Shown one piece after another: positions 1 through 13,471 of a stretch of 64,000 nt of DNA (the stretch's first letter is position 1; the number at the start of each line of letters is the position of its first letter). The notes under the pieces are model-generated. The model was not told the origin of the DNA. It did no database searches and saw only the letters and a list, made by a program, of their open reading frames with translations. The DNA is from Chiloscyllium plagiosum (taxonomy: Eukaryota): NCBI RefSeq assembly GCF_004010195.1, contig NC_057759.1, positions 2,107,237-2,171,236 of the forward strand, given 5' to 3'. A program made the translations under genes and the position numbers.

Positions 1-197
1 TGCTCATGAGAGAATCCTGAGTAAGGAACAAAGTTTTGAACAGGAAGCCTTCTGTCTAAGAAAGCAATGCAGAACATTCTCCCCTTGTTCAGTTCCACAG
101 AGAGCAGTTAGGGTTGAGTTATCAGCTTAATTTATGCAAATGTAGCCATATATCTTTTTTGATACATAAGGAAGTCTTTGGTTATGGGCGCTAAACA

Positions 198-371
198 TCA
201 AAATGAGATGAAGACCATAACTAAAGCCTTTGTGATCTGTTCTCAGGACAGAGTACACACAGGCAGATAGAAATTCACAGAATTCAAAATGAGATGAAGA
301 CCATAACTAAAGCCTTTGTGATCTGTTCTCAGGACAGAGTACACACAGGCAGATAGAAATTCACAGAATTC
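198..371. repeat. Perfect 86-bp tandem duplication
   Basis: tcaaaatgagatgaagacc...cacagaat occurs at 198-283 and again at 284-369. Confidence 0.95.
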
Positions 372-1102
372 TCATGCTTCTTATGGTCTTCTGCTTTGAG
401 ATATTTAAAGTGACACAAGATTCAAAGAAATTAATAACTACAGCATATACACTGTATCTGCAGCATCATTCACCATACATTTTATCTTTAACTTACTGAT
501 GTGTGTGCTCACAGATCACACTGATCAATTCAGTTATAAGTTACCCTGATGTATCAAGGATGGAGTTAAAAAAAACATGAACCATGCATTTCATCAGAAA
601 CTTTGAGATGTTGAGATATTTGCTCTCTGTCATGTCAGTGATTGAAACTGAGTAAATACAAGATTAGAAACAATAAACTGGCAGTTACAGAATGAAATAC
701 TGAGTCACTTGCAAAGCAATAAATTGTGAGGATATAATACAACTATTGATTAGCTAGAAACTGGCATAAACAATGTAACATCTGCAGTGACATTGCAGAT
801 ATTGTCAGTAACAATATACAAAGTATTATCCTTTATCAAAATGCTGCAGTTATAAATACAAACGCAAATTCAATTTGCAGAAGCTGATATTCATAGGGCA
901 TGGGAGTGGAGGATAGTGAGTTCTATCTGAGTCTGTCCAAAGTGGTATCTGGTACTTTCAATATCTGGTACACCAACAGAGTAAAGCAACAAGGTACACT
1001 TCAGAAGGTTTGAGTTACAGTCCAGTAACATACTGACATGTTAAGACGGTGAAGTAGAGTTTACAAAAATACATCCCAGAAACAGACGGGCACAGATTGG
1101 AG

Positions 1103-1246
1103 TCGAGAGTGCGGTGCTGGAAAAGCATAGCAGTCAGGCAGCATCCGAGGAGTAGGAGAATAGATGTTTCAAGCATAAGCCCTTCATCTCGACCTTTTCG
1201 GCATAAGCCTCTGATCCCCAGCATCTGCAGTTCTCACTTTGTCCTG
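1103..1246 (-). mobile_element. Short Penelope-terminus/SINE-like insertion with degenerate hammerhead motif and internal inversion
   Basis: Reverse-complement match to 11904-12030 and 21448-21542; flanked by 15-bp direct repeat gggcacagattggag (1088-1102, 1247-1261). Confidence 0.7.
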
Positions 1247-2235
1247 GGGCACAGATTGGAGGAATATTTCCAAGTGGTTGACAAATAGTGTAACGTTTTA
1301 CCGCTCACATCAGTGTTTGATGGTTACGGAATAAAACCTGTCTTGGAATAACACTGACTATTAGATGGAGGACCAGAGCCTCATTGGACAGATGTTGAGT
1401 TAATGCAAAATGTGCAAATAAGGACACGACAGATATAAAGTTAAAGTGACGCATATATATAGCATGCTGACAGTTGCTGGTGAACAGGCATTCGCGTAAG
1501 ACTGAGAAATGTTATAAATCCCTACATGAAACTGCAAGACGCCTAATTGAAAAGTGCAGCAACGTGGTTCAGTTACACTGCACGTACTTTCAAAGCCCAC
1601 AGTTATCGATACGTGTCTGGGCCCACAGTTATCAGTCAAGGTCTCAGAAATATATTCATCAATATATGACTCAACAAAAGTATTACATATAAACTTTTTC
1701 TTATAATTTCTCCAACTCCGTGCAGTTGAGAACGAATTGCATCAACCCCAAGTGTAGAAAACTTTCTCAGTCAGGTTCCAGTGGTACGTGTAACTTGACG
1801 ACAAATGTAATCGCAATTTCGAATGGATGAGAGCTTTTTTTTTCACACAGTGAAAAGTTCTGTGTTAATTCCAGCCTATACAGAGGAACAGAAACAGACA
1901 TGCGGAGATAGAAACACATCAGCACAACAACAAGTAAAAGGAAACCGAGCTAATACCACAGTCACTTTCTGTATCACGGACACGAAACACATCTCCCTCA
2001 GTCAGACTGACAGGAACAGAATCACCATCCACTTTACATGTCGTTGCAGATCCAAAGTGGATCTCACACTAACCAATCAGAGAGACTCAATGTTTGGGAA
2101 TGACTCAGTGTAAGCTACCCAATCAGGAGCAAGGCGTTCGCCCATCCCTCATTAGCATTGCTGACGCCGTCAGTCTATAAAGAGGGAACTCCGAGGTCCC
2201 TTTCCCTTATTCTGTGTCTGGAAGTGAGCGGCGCT

Positions 2236-2355
2236 ATGGCTGATGAGAAGAAAACTCAGCAACCCTCCAAGAAGGGCGCGAAGAAAATCATTAAGAAGGC
2301 GCCAGCGAAGGGCGGCAAGAAGAGGAGGCGGTCCAGGAAAGAAAGTTTGAGTTAA
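2236..2355 (+). pseudogene. 3'-truncated histone H2B copy (N-terminal tail only)
   Basis: MADEKKTQQPSKKGAKK...RKES then LS*; no histone fold and no stem-loop. Confidence 0.9.
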
Positions 2356-3009
2356 TGCAAAATGTGTAAATTAGGACACGACAGATATAAAGTTAAAGTG
2401 ACGCATATATATAGCATGCTGACAGTTGCTGGTGAACAGGCTTTCGCGTAAGACTGAGAAATGTTATAAATCCCTGCATGAAACTGCAAGACGCCTAATT
2501 GAAAAGTGCAGCACGTTACACTGCACGTACTTTCAAAGCCCACAGTAATCGATACGTCTCTGGGTCCACAGTTATCAGTCAAGGTCTCAGAAATATATTC
2601 ATCAATATATGACTCAACAAAAGTATTACATATAAACTTTTTCTTATAATTTCTCCAACTCCGTGCAATTGAGAACGAGATGCATCAACCCCAAGTGTAG
2701 AAAACACTCACAGTCAGGTTCCAGTGGTACGTGTAACTTGCCGACAAATGTAATCGCAATTTCGAATGGATGAGAGCTTTTTTTCACACAGTGAAAAGTT
2801 CTGTGTTAATTCCAGCCTATACAGAGGAACAGAAACAGCCATGCGGAGATAGAAACACATCAGCACAACAACGAGCAAAAGGAAACCGAGCTAATACCTC
2901 AGTCACTTTCTGTATCACAGACACGAAACAAATCTCCCTCAGTCAGACTGACAGGAACAGAATCACCATCCACTTCACATGTCGTTGCAGATCCAAAGTG
3001 GATCTCACA

Positions 3010-3125
3010 CTAACCAATCAGAGAGACTCAATGTTTGGGAATGACTCTGTGTAAACTACCCAATCAGAAGCAAGGCGTTCGCCCATCCCTCATTAGCATT
3101 GCTGACGCCGTCAGTCTATAAAGAG
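3010..3125 (+). promoter_or_regulatory. H2B promoter: two CCAAT boxes, octamer variant ATTAGCAT (3092-3099), TATA (3117)
   Basis: Motif order typical of vertebrate H2B promoters; duplicated at ~2071-2183. Confidence 0.7.
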
Positions 3126-3176
3126 GGAACTCCGAGGCCGCTTTCCCTTATTCTGTGTCTGAAAGTGAGTGGGACG

Positions 3177-3557
3177 ATGGCTGATGAGAAGAAAGCACAG
3201 CAAGCCTCCAAGAAGGGCGCGAAGAAAATCATTAAGAAGGCGCCAGCGAAGGGAGGCAAGAAGAGGAGGCGGTCCAGGAAAGAAAGTTACGCCATCTACA
3301 TCTACAAAGTGATGAAACAGGTTCACCCCGACACCGGCATCTCCTCCAAGGCCATGAGCATCATGAACTCGTTCGTCAAAGATATTTTCGAGCGCATCGC
3401 GGGGGAGGCTTCCCGCCTGGCCCATTACAACAAGCGCAGCACCATCAGCTCCCGGGAGATCCAGACCGCCGTGCGGCTGCTGCTGCCCGGGGAGCTGGCC
3501 AAGCACGCCGTGTCGGAGGGCACAAAGGCGGTGACCAAGTACACCAGCTCCAAGTGA
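3177..3557 (+). CDS. H2B: Histone H2B (replication-dependent), 126 aa
   Basis: [26 protein letters not shown]...AVTKYTSSK; true ATG at 3177; intronless; stem-loop downstream. Confidence 0.97.
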   Translation: MADEKKAQQASKKGAKKIIKKAPAKGGKKRRRSRKESYAIYIYKVMKQVHPDTGISSKAMSIMNSFVKDIFERIAGEASRLAHYNKRSTISSREIQTAVRLLLPGELAKHAVSEGTKAVTKYTSSK

Positions 3558-3598
3558 AGGACCGCACTGCACTGAAACAAACACATCCACAACCCAAA

Positions 3599-3614
3599 GG
3601 CTCTTTTAAGAGCC
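3599..3614 (+). terminator. Histone 3' stem-loop, with HDE-like aaacagctg at ~3631
   Basis: ccaaa-GGCTCTTTTAAGAGCC-accca. Confidence 0.95.
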
Positions 3615-4328
3615 ACCCACAACTTCCCTGAAACAGCTGAACCATTTCTTTAAGAGTTGTTTGTTTTAGTTCACGTGATTTTTGATAAGGCATTTTAACT
3701 TCTCGCGCTATATGTTTTTGTGTTAATAAGTGCTTTGCAAATTATTCGGGAGTGGGGTGGAGAGTGCAGATCAGGCGCCAGTGAGTCATTTTTCATCTTG
3801 TTCATCCCTGGCAGACAAATGCCCACGTCTTTCACCCCCACAGTGGTGTATTTTACCTTCTGATTTACTTTACGTTTCCAATGCGCGGGTTTGATCCGAC
3901 ATTTCACGATGCAAAATAACACTTCATGCTGTCAGTGAGAACTTTCAAATCGAATCGAGAGAACACCAAAACAGCTACCGGGCTGAAACGTGGAGCTTTT
4001 GCTGAATCTGATCGAGAGCGATAAGGGAGGACAGCTTTAAAATATCGTCTGAAAAAAACGGGTGGTACTGAAATGTGAAAAAGAAAGACAGGTTGCAGAC
4101 TGCAGTGTTTGGCCTGTTTTGTTTCGGCTTCTTCTCAAGGTTTAGAAAGTAACCCACTCTCAATATCAGAAATGGATAGATACAGGTCGGCAAATGAGGG
4201 AGAGTAAGACCGTGTGAAGTACACATTTGTAAACTAAAAGTAAATTAACGTGTAGTAATATTTTTTTGAACTTCCTCAGTTTTTTGTACTTCATTTTTCA
4301 GGTAAAACATACTCCTTTATTTGTAAAT

Positions 4329-4969
<641 letters not shown>

Positions 4970-4999
4970 AGAGACGATCCTTGAATCTGACAACCCAAA

Positions 5000-5015
5000 G
5001 GCTCTTTTAAGAGCC
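5000..5015 (+). terminator. Histone 3' stem-loop, with HDE aaaggagctg at ~5032
   Basis: GGCTCTTTTAAGAGCC followed by actca. Confidence 0.95.
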
Positions 5016-6642
5016 ACTCACAGCATCTGTGAAAGGAGCTGAACTCTGTCGGGTTGAATTACTTTTAACGTATAGAGCCCTGGCCGTTGTACCTAACATC
5101 GCTACATTTCTATCTCCTTTTTATTGGATACTGTTACTGTCGGTGGCAGCAGAGGAAGATTATATCATAGATTACGATTGTAAGAGTGCCTGGAACTACA
5201 TTATTTCTCATTACACGGTCACTGCCTGAGTGACCAATGTTCTATGAGTTTAGAATAGTGTCACGGATGTTCCCGATCGGGTTTGGCTTCACATTTCCCT
5301 TAACTGCATCAGTAAGAGCTGAATCCTCCCACTGTCTCTGCATCATTTCCCTCTTCAATTTATTCTCTGCTCGGTTCGTATTCACTTTTCTTTCCCCCCA
5401 GCCTCTGGCGAGAGAGGGTGTTCAACAGCAGTCAGTCATTTTTCAGCTGTAAAAGGAGGGAATGCGGTAAAGTGAGATTGTGTGAAGTTTAGTTTCCTAA
5501 TCGAAAAACCACTCAACGTAGTCGTGCATTCTCCTGCTCGTTTATACGTGATGGCGGGCATTTTCAAATTTGAAAATAAGCCGTTGATCTCTTGGAGCCA
5601 TTTTTTTTTCCCTTTTCCTCTCCTGCCTCCACCTCACCACAAGCCATGTTAACGCAAAGGGAGTCAATGAGGAGAAGGGGTTTTTCCACAACTATCTAAC
5701 CCAATACCAAAATTTGATGTGAACATCACTCTAATTACTATATTTCCGCAATCCCTGAATGAAGATCTCATTATTTGCAAATTCGCTGCCGCTGCTTTCT
5801 GTCTTTGTTATTAACTGAATTCCAAGAGAAATACTGTACGTGTCCCTATCGCTTCCTGCGCTCTCTGGATGAGCAACCAAACTTGTATCCGCTGTGAATC
5901 AATCGAAAAACTGCCAAGTTAAACATCTTATAAGCTAAAACAGTGTACACCGATAAAATTACAGAACCACACTATCAATAACTTTTTATTTTATCCAAAT
6001 TATTGTGCCCGACGACTATTTGTAATCGCTCCCTGAACGGGCAGGTGGAAAGAACGCGCCCCATAACACATTTGCAGCTCCCAGTAACAAAACTGAGCTG
6101 TGTGTTATGCCAGGGAAATGTAACATTAATGTCTGGGTTCCACGATAAATAAAAAGCCAAGTACACACTAATATCATTACTGAAATGGACAGGTATTCAC
6201 GAGAAAGAGGATCAAGGTCACGGAGAGCAGGCACAAGAATAATTATGAGAAATATCAGCCATGATCGAATGGCAGAACAAGCTGGACGGGCAGAATGGCC
6301 GAATGCTGATACTACACCTTACAATTACAAAGATGCGATTCTTTACATGGAATAATCAGGCTGCACAACAGTAGAGTCTCGATTGGCCGAATAGCCTCTT
6401 ATCTACTCTGTAGGAATACTTGCAATTTTAAAATCATTCGCCACGGCAAACAGCAACAAAGTGAACCGGCCACTCCAAATACCGTCTACTGTACCGCAGA
6501 ACACGGTATTGGTACATTTTCGAAACTGAAATAATTTTAAAAGTCGCGATAAACGTGAAATAACCGGCTACAGTAACATTCCCCTCAGTATGCACTGCCT
6601 TCCCCGTCCTCAGGTCTCCGCTCTCTATCGGAGAGTTTGGGT

Positions 6643-6658
6643 GGCTCTGAAAAGAGCC
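6643..6658 (-). terminator. Histone 3' stem-loop of H4
   Basis: Reverse complement GGCTCTTTTCAGAGCC-accca; purine-rich HDE (agagagcgg) follows. Confidence 0.95.
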
Positions 6659-6690
6659 TTTGGGTTCGCTGGAAATGGGTCGCTTTATCC

Positions 6691-7011
<321 letters not shown>

Positions 7012-8547
7012 TCACTCCAATCGCTGCCGAATGAGAGCCGAGCTGCCTCCCCTTCCTTTTTTATACAACCCGGCCCGACCTGGCTGAGAAAGAGCTGACA
7101 GAGAGTGAGAGGCGGCTCCGGAGAGGAAACTGAGTGACAGACAGAGCAGGGAAATGGCTTTGATCATCCAGCTCCGCCTCCAGCCCTCTCCCCCCAACTG
7201 TGTCTGGGACCGAACCTTTTCTCCCCAAAGCTGACTATTCCTGAGCAGAGGAGCGCATCCGTGAGGCCCTCTCCCAGCGGTGCCATTGAGGAGCATTTAC
7301 TCATTGAGTGCAAGAGGTTTGTTTGAAACAGACCGCGATGGAGAGATCAGCGCCCAGGGAAGCGAGGGAACAGCAGGCTCCTTCCAGCAGCACATCGGGA
7401 TGGGAGCCTGGGTCACAGAGGGGGCTCCGAGACCGGGATTGATTCGGGGTGAGTTCAGGGAGAACCGGGGGCTGTTTGTAAGAGGCCGAGCGGAGCAGGA
7501 ACTGGTCCCGGAACTTGGAGTGAGCGGGCTGGGGGGAAGAGAGAGGCCTTTCTCGGGCTGTGTGTGGGCCTGCTGTGGGAGGCAGAGGGGGAAGGAGCTG
7601 CTGTGGGCCATTCTGGTGGTTTACAATCCTCTGAACCTGTTTTAATTTCAATCTGTTTCCCGCTCTTTCTTGAGTTTGGGTGAATCAACTGTAGGAATGT
7701 GATACTCTTGTAAAAAGACATACACTGGAGTCTTGGTAAAAACATTAACAATAGCGCCGTTTTTCCTATTTCTAACAGGTAGTTGGGGAGTTGGATGTTG
7801 AACTGTGTAAGCATCCTGGTGGTTGAGTATTCCCATTCATGGTTCTGCGCAGTTGTCGCTCAGTTTCTGGATCTCACTCAACTGATATCAAGTTAAAAGT
7901 GGCACAACACCAGTTTATAGTCCCAACAGTTTTTTTGGAAGCACTTGATGTATAACATTATGCACCAACATCTCCAAATCAACTGGTATCGAATCACACG
8001 AAAAACAAACACAATCCCCAGACAAGGTGCAGCTCAGAGCAACAATGGAATCAGATCCGTGGTTCTGGTTAAGTTGTTGGCTTTAAAAAAAAACACACAC
8101 ACACATCCTAATTAATATACAATGAATGTGACAATGATCAGTTCAATATTGCCAGTCTAGCCTCATGTTGATTTACAGGTGGTGTCCCTGTGTCTTCCTC
8201 CAGAAAAACACCTGAGGGACTAGGACACTGTAATACTTCCTCAGTTCAAAGCAAAGAGTAACCAGCTGCCTCTAACAAACAGAGGGTATGTAGCCCATTG
8301 ACGTTTACACACCAGTGTTGGACATAGATAAACTGAATCCTCATCCAAAATAAACATTCAGGAACAGCACTAAAATCTGCAGTTATTAAGTGCATTTTCA
8401 AAGTTACAATGAAGGTAGACAATTAGGCCACATTGTTGCATCGTTTCAACAACCATCCGTGAAGGAGGGGTTAAGTACAGAGATGGAGGGAAACTGTGCT
8501 CACCGACAGGGCAAGAGTTACTGAAGAGTCGTCGAGTCATAAAGACA

Positions 8548-10165
8548 GAGAGCATGCAAACAGACCCTTCGGTCCAACTTGTCCAGATATCCTAACCTAA
8601 TCTAGTCCTATTTGCCAGCACTTAACCCATCTCCCTCTAAACACTTCCTATTCATATTGTTAAAGTACAGATTTGAGATGGCCCAGGGAATCCCTTGTAG
8701 ACTCAGACCTATCAGCCTCTCTTTGTTCGTCCTGGAGATGGTACTGTTTGGTAGTCTGGAATAAAAACCTCTTACAAACAGTTTAGTTCAATGTTACCAA
8801 TAGAATCACTGTTACAACGTAACATTGACACCTAAAACCTTAGAAAAGTAGGATACCAACTCTTCCTTTAAGTGCCCTCGCAGGCTATTCCATTCTTCTG
8901 TCTCAAATAGGCTTCCTGTTTACAAAATTTTACAAAAAACACTGCATGTTCTTAATTAGACAGACAGTGGAAAGGCAACAATTCGTAAGGAAGAGAAGTT
9001 AATTAGCAGGTCTGTGCACGCTTAACTGATCACTCCTGTAGGCCCTTAGCCATCCATCAGGGGGAAAAACAGATCCAGCCGAGTCAGTGCCTGTTGGTGA
9101 GCTAAGTCCCTGTCATAAAGAGGTATCAGTCTAAACTAAGTGGAAGAGGTCATAAGGTAACCTTGCACAGCTTGCATGTCAGATATCATTGTTTTACAAA
9201 ATGGCATCTTAGTGAGGAGGGCAAGCTTTGACCATAAAATGGCTTCCTGACAGATAGTGTCAGAATCTCTTCAATGATCAGTTTAGAATAATTTTTAAGC
9301 TCGGGGCAGACTCCTGCTTTTTATCTTAAACACAAAATTATTCTGTACCTGAGGCTGAAAGGTTACATTTTAAATGATTCATTGTCAAATTAAATATGCT
9401 TTTTTTTTCAGGGCTGTGACTCAAATTCAAAGACGACAGAAGATCTGACGAGTTAGAATTGACAGAGGATCAGTTGTGGTGTGTAGGAACACCAAGTAAG
9501 TTAAAGCTTCATCAGTATTACACTTTAGAGTTTGTATTTCATAATCAGCGATGGCTACTCAAAATTACCATAAAGTCCCAAAATGCAAATAAATTCAAAA
9601 CATTCATCTCTCTGTCTCTCACACACACACACCACACACAATAAGAATCCATTATAATTGATAGGATCTGACCGTTTATTACAAGACTTTTGACATGCTT
9701 CTAGGATGACGCCGAGTTTCCGAGATCATGATCAAACACTGTCATTAATTTCATAAGCTAACATCTGTGAATGTTATCACTGTGTCCTTTTTACACAGAT
9801 TCATTGATGTTAAGGCAAATGTTCTTAATTGCTTGAGAGCATCCTGTTATCACTTGGTGAGAATAGATTTTTTTTAATCTTCTGCACATCCTGGGTTCCC
9901 CCTTTTGTGGCCTGATGCCTCCCTGCCTGTCCTGTTTATTTTCTTGTGTTCTATAATTCAACATTACATTTAGTCTAAGTATTTAAGGACAAGTTTCAAG
10001 GCTTTCTCATTATACCCACTCAGATGCCTTTTAAATGTTGTAATTGTACCAGGCTCCACCACTTCTCCATGCGCCTTATGATTTTATAAACTTCTATAAG
10101 GTCACTCTCCAGGGAAAACAGTTCCAGCCTATTCAGCCTCTGCCAATATCTCATTCTCCAACCGG
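8548..10165 (-). mobile_element. CR1 LINE 3' tail split by a 1.35-kb insertion
   Basis: 8548-8657 and 10010-10165 match the CR1 tails at 16280-16830 and 54596-55040. Confidence 0.75.
8658..10009 (+). mobile_element. Putative solo LTR / LTR-like insertion
   Basis: Starts TGTT, ends tttctCA like the ERV LTR at 41019, interrupts a CR1 cleanly; imperfect 4-bp TSD atat/ttat. Confidence 0.45.
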
Positions 10166-10449
10166 GATGAATCATATTTCCACGGAGTTTGTGTGTGACT
10201 GAGAAGGACAGAATTAATCCTTTACTGAATAATTGTCACATACAGAGATGACAATTAAATAATGTGAATTTCAAACACACAATCTATGTAGGTAGCTCAT
10301 GTGCTACTCGCAATATGTCCTTTCTATAACCCACTGGCAATACAACTTGATAAACTTCTGCCCATTTCTCATCTGCCTGAATATGTGATGTTCTCCATTT
10401 CCTCATTAAGACATCATTTTTAAGATAATAACATTGAGGGATACATTTG

Positions 10450-12773
10450 GATTCATTTTGTGTATGCCTGTTGATACAATTGCTTTAAATTTTCGTCTTT
10501 TTGCAGTAACTCAATTAATTTACCTGAGCTAAAGACGTCTGCTTTGTCGTCTATCTGTTCCTGGTTTGTCTCAGCCATATGATCAAACTAATTTGCTAAT
10601 CTGCTAATTTCCCTTCAATTTTATCTGTACTCTTTGATCTTTTCTGTTTCAACTGGTGACTTTGTGACCTCGTTACCACACAGTCAGGAAACATCCTGCA
10701 ATAGCTCAGTTGCCTGAATTTCCATTGGCTTTTCCGCCACAGTCGGCAGCACTCTTATCGGTGAATCAGCAACATCACTACCAACAACAAATTGTATTCC
10801 TGGAGCTAAGCGTTTGTCTAGTACTCCTACTATGACTTTTCCCCTCTTCACTAGGCACTCTAACCTCACATCTTACAATTGAGTATTTCTTGTCTCAATG
10901 TGAATTCCCGTTACTCATACCTTTTCTGGCAATAGTCCTTCAGAGGTACATATATCCACATCTTTTAGCATCACAGATTGAGAGGATCCTTCTATCTCTC
11001 AATATTGTTACCTTTTTGCCTGCTGCTTCTGGCCTATGCGAAAAAACTTTACCTTCACGGTGTATGGTTTAAGAAGATCTGGCACTTCCTCCATAAGCAA
11101 CCTCTGACCAGCTTGTACATTCTGGTGCAGCTTTCTAGTCTCCACAGTGCTCTTTGTTACCACTCCAACAAAATTCACTGGTTTATCCTGTTTTCCTACA
11201 TCTGGTTTCTCAGTGCATTTCCTAACCTAACAACACTGATTTCATGTGGCCTACTTTATTGAAAACATCAGAGCTTTTCACTTCTCTTTCCTTATGATCT
11301 TCACCAAGATCTACTTTTTACTTTCCATGTGAGAATTTCTCTTACCCACAATTATTATCCCTCATAGATAGAAATTGATTTTAGCAGCCCGATTTTGATT
11401 TATTGATCAACTCAATCATCAGCCATTTCTGATGTCAATCTTGCTGTTTTAACACTCTGCTCTTCCCCGTGAGTTCTCATTAATTCAGGAAGCAAACTTT
11501 TGAACTCCTAAGTGCCAATTTCTGATGTTCAAACTCCCTCTTTCTTCCTTTCATCTCTCTCCTTTTCTCTCTTCTCCCTCTCTTCTGCTTTTAATTGTAT
11601 TTCAAACTGTTTCATTTCTGTTGCCCTTTCCTTGACTTTTGCCTCTAACTCAAGTTGCTTCATTTTAAATTGAATGTTAACCATCTCTAAAGATTCTGAT
11701 GGCATTTCCAGCCATTACCTGTTGAGCTATTACTGTCATTATCGCCCTTTTCCTCGTGGATGGAGGCAGGTTGAGCTCCAGCTTGTCGGCTAATTCCAGC
11801 AACTTGGCCTTAATCACTTTTTTGCAAAAATCTGAAGTCACTCCTTCCACCCCCCCAGAAAACTCTTGATGACTCAAATAGCCATTTCTATCCCTAGCAC
11901 TATTTCCTGATGAAGGGCTGATGCCCAAAACATTGATTCTCCTACTCCTCAGATGCTGCCTGACCTGCTGTGCTTTTTCAGCACCACACTCTTGTCACCG
12001 ATCTTCAGCATCCGCAGTCCTCACTTTTTCCAAGCACCGTTAAAACCAATTAAATTTAACACCCAGAACAAAAGACACTAAGACTTACCACTCACTATCT
12101 TCGAGTCCAACAACCTGAATCCCAAATCAGAACTACAGAACAAAACTCTGCAAACAGCCCCCAATCTGTTATGGAAAAGGCCAGACCCCCTTCAAACATT
12201 TCAAGAAAGTAACCCAGACCCTAACTTTGCTAGTTGTTTTAAGCGGATGTAATGAAGATATTCCAGGAGGGATGCAGCTGGTCAAACGACATAGTTTTAA
12301 ACAAAACAGTATTGATTTCCAAAATTACTAAATGATACACAAAAGAGAACAGAATATTGAATTACTTAACAAATCTGATAACCCAACAGATTGTACCAAC
12401 TTAATGATGGTATTTACAAAACTTAAAACAATCCCCATGAACACCCCTTGACACAAAAGGTAAAATCAAACACAGGGTCTTACAAGAGAGATTTTAGAGA
12501 GAGAGAGAGAGAACCATCACGGACCTGCTTCTTTGGGTTCAGCAGCTTTTTCAACTGCCTAACTGCTTTCAGTCAATAGCCAGACAGCCAAAAACCACAT
12601 CAAACCAGAGAAAAGCTGAGCTGGGAAAACTGAGCCACTTATTAAAAATGTGGAAGTTTTTTGCCTGAGGCTTTACCTGTCAGCTAAAATCAAAATAGCC
12701 CTAAAACCCATCGACTCAGTCTTTTTGGAGCCGGTGTCTTTTACAGGCTTGTTAAAGGAGCAGCATCATCACA
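10450..12773 (-). mobile_element. Gypsy-type LTR retrotransposon remnant: LTR (12167-12773), PBS, decayed gag/protease
   Basis: Minus-strand LTR TGTGA...TAACA followed by TGGGGGCT (tRNA-Pro-like PBS, 12156-12163); KAKLLELADKLEL gag-like and VGVL..GIQFVVGSDVA protease-like peptides. Confidence 0.65.
11902..12030 (+). mobile_element. Hammerhead-motif short element (family A), degenerate core
   Basis: cCTGATGAagggc-tgat-gccc-aaaa (GAAA mutated), then the same tail as 21481-21535; TSD-like cctagcac/ccaagcac. Confidence 0.7.
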
Positions 12774-13156
12774 GCAGACTGGTCCAAGAAGTAAAAGCCC
12801 ATGGGATACAGGGTAATGTGTTGAATTGGATCCAGAGTTGGCTCAGTCACAGGAAAGAAAGGATAATGGTCAATGGCGGCCATTGTGAATGGAAAGCTGT
12901 TACAAGCAGTAGGCTGCATGGCTCAGTGTTGGAACAGCTGCCATTTGTTTTATACATTAATGATTTGGAGTTGTATATGATGGGCAGATTTGTGAAATTT
13001 GCAGACAACACAAAAATTGGCCATATAGAGGATAGCTGTAAGCTCCAAAACTATATCGATGGTTTGGTGGAGTGGGCAGGAAAGTGGCAGATGGCGTTCA
13101 GCTCTGATAAGAGGTTGGGGTTGTGTTTCTTGGAACAGAGGTGCCATGATTAAGGA

Positions 13157-13375
13157 ATACCCCCATATCCCCAGGTCTGGTTATCCCAGTTTCACTGACC
13201 TGCGGTTTACTGTCGTCCAAGCATATAAAAGGGAATGTTTCAGATCAAGGGACCAGGAGGCTGCCGGGAACGTATATTTCCATTTAAATTAATGGGTTCA
13301 CACCTATCTAAAGATTTGGGCTTCCTCCATAGGTCCTGGAATGTATCCCCCACAGGTATGGGGGGGTCTACAGTA
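13157..13375. mobile_element. Tc1/mariner (Tigger/MER2-like) MITE remnant
   Basis: Right end reverse complement TActgtagacccccccatacctgtgggggatacattccaggacc resembles Tigger/MER2 termini. Confidence 0.45.
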
Positions 13376-13387
13376 CTAAATAGTGAG

Positions 13388-13471
13388 CTAACTGATGAAG
13401 GAGGAGCACTCTGAAAGCGTGCACTTCCAAATAAACCTGTTGAACTATAACCTGGTGTTGAGTGATTTTTA
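13388..13471 (+). mobile_element. Hammerhead-motif short element (family B)
   Basis: CTGATGA(13392)-aggag..ctct-GAAA(13413); flanked by actaaatagtgag / actaattagtgag. Confidence 0.7.

Larger units (their letters stand above)
1395..3287 (+). repeat. ~950-bp tandem duplication of the H2B promoter and 5' CDS
   Basis: 1395-2346 is nearly identical to 2347-3287; junction gaaagt|ttgagttaatgc. Confidence 0.95.

Noticed and set aside
134-141. Perfect octamer ATGCAAAT
   Set aside because: A single 8-mer far from any gene start, expected by chance
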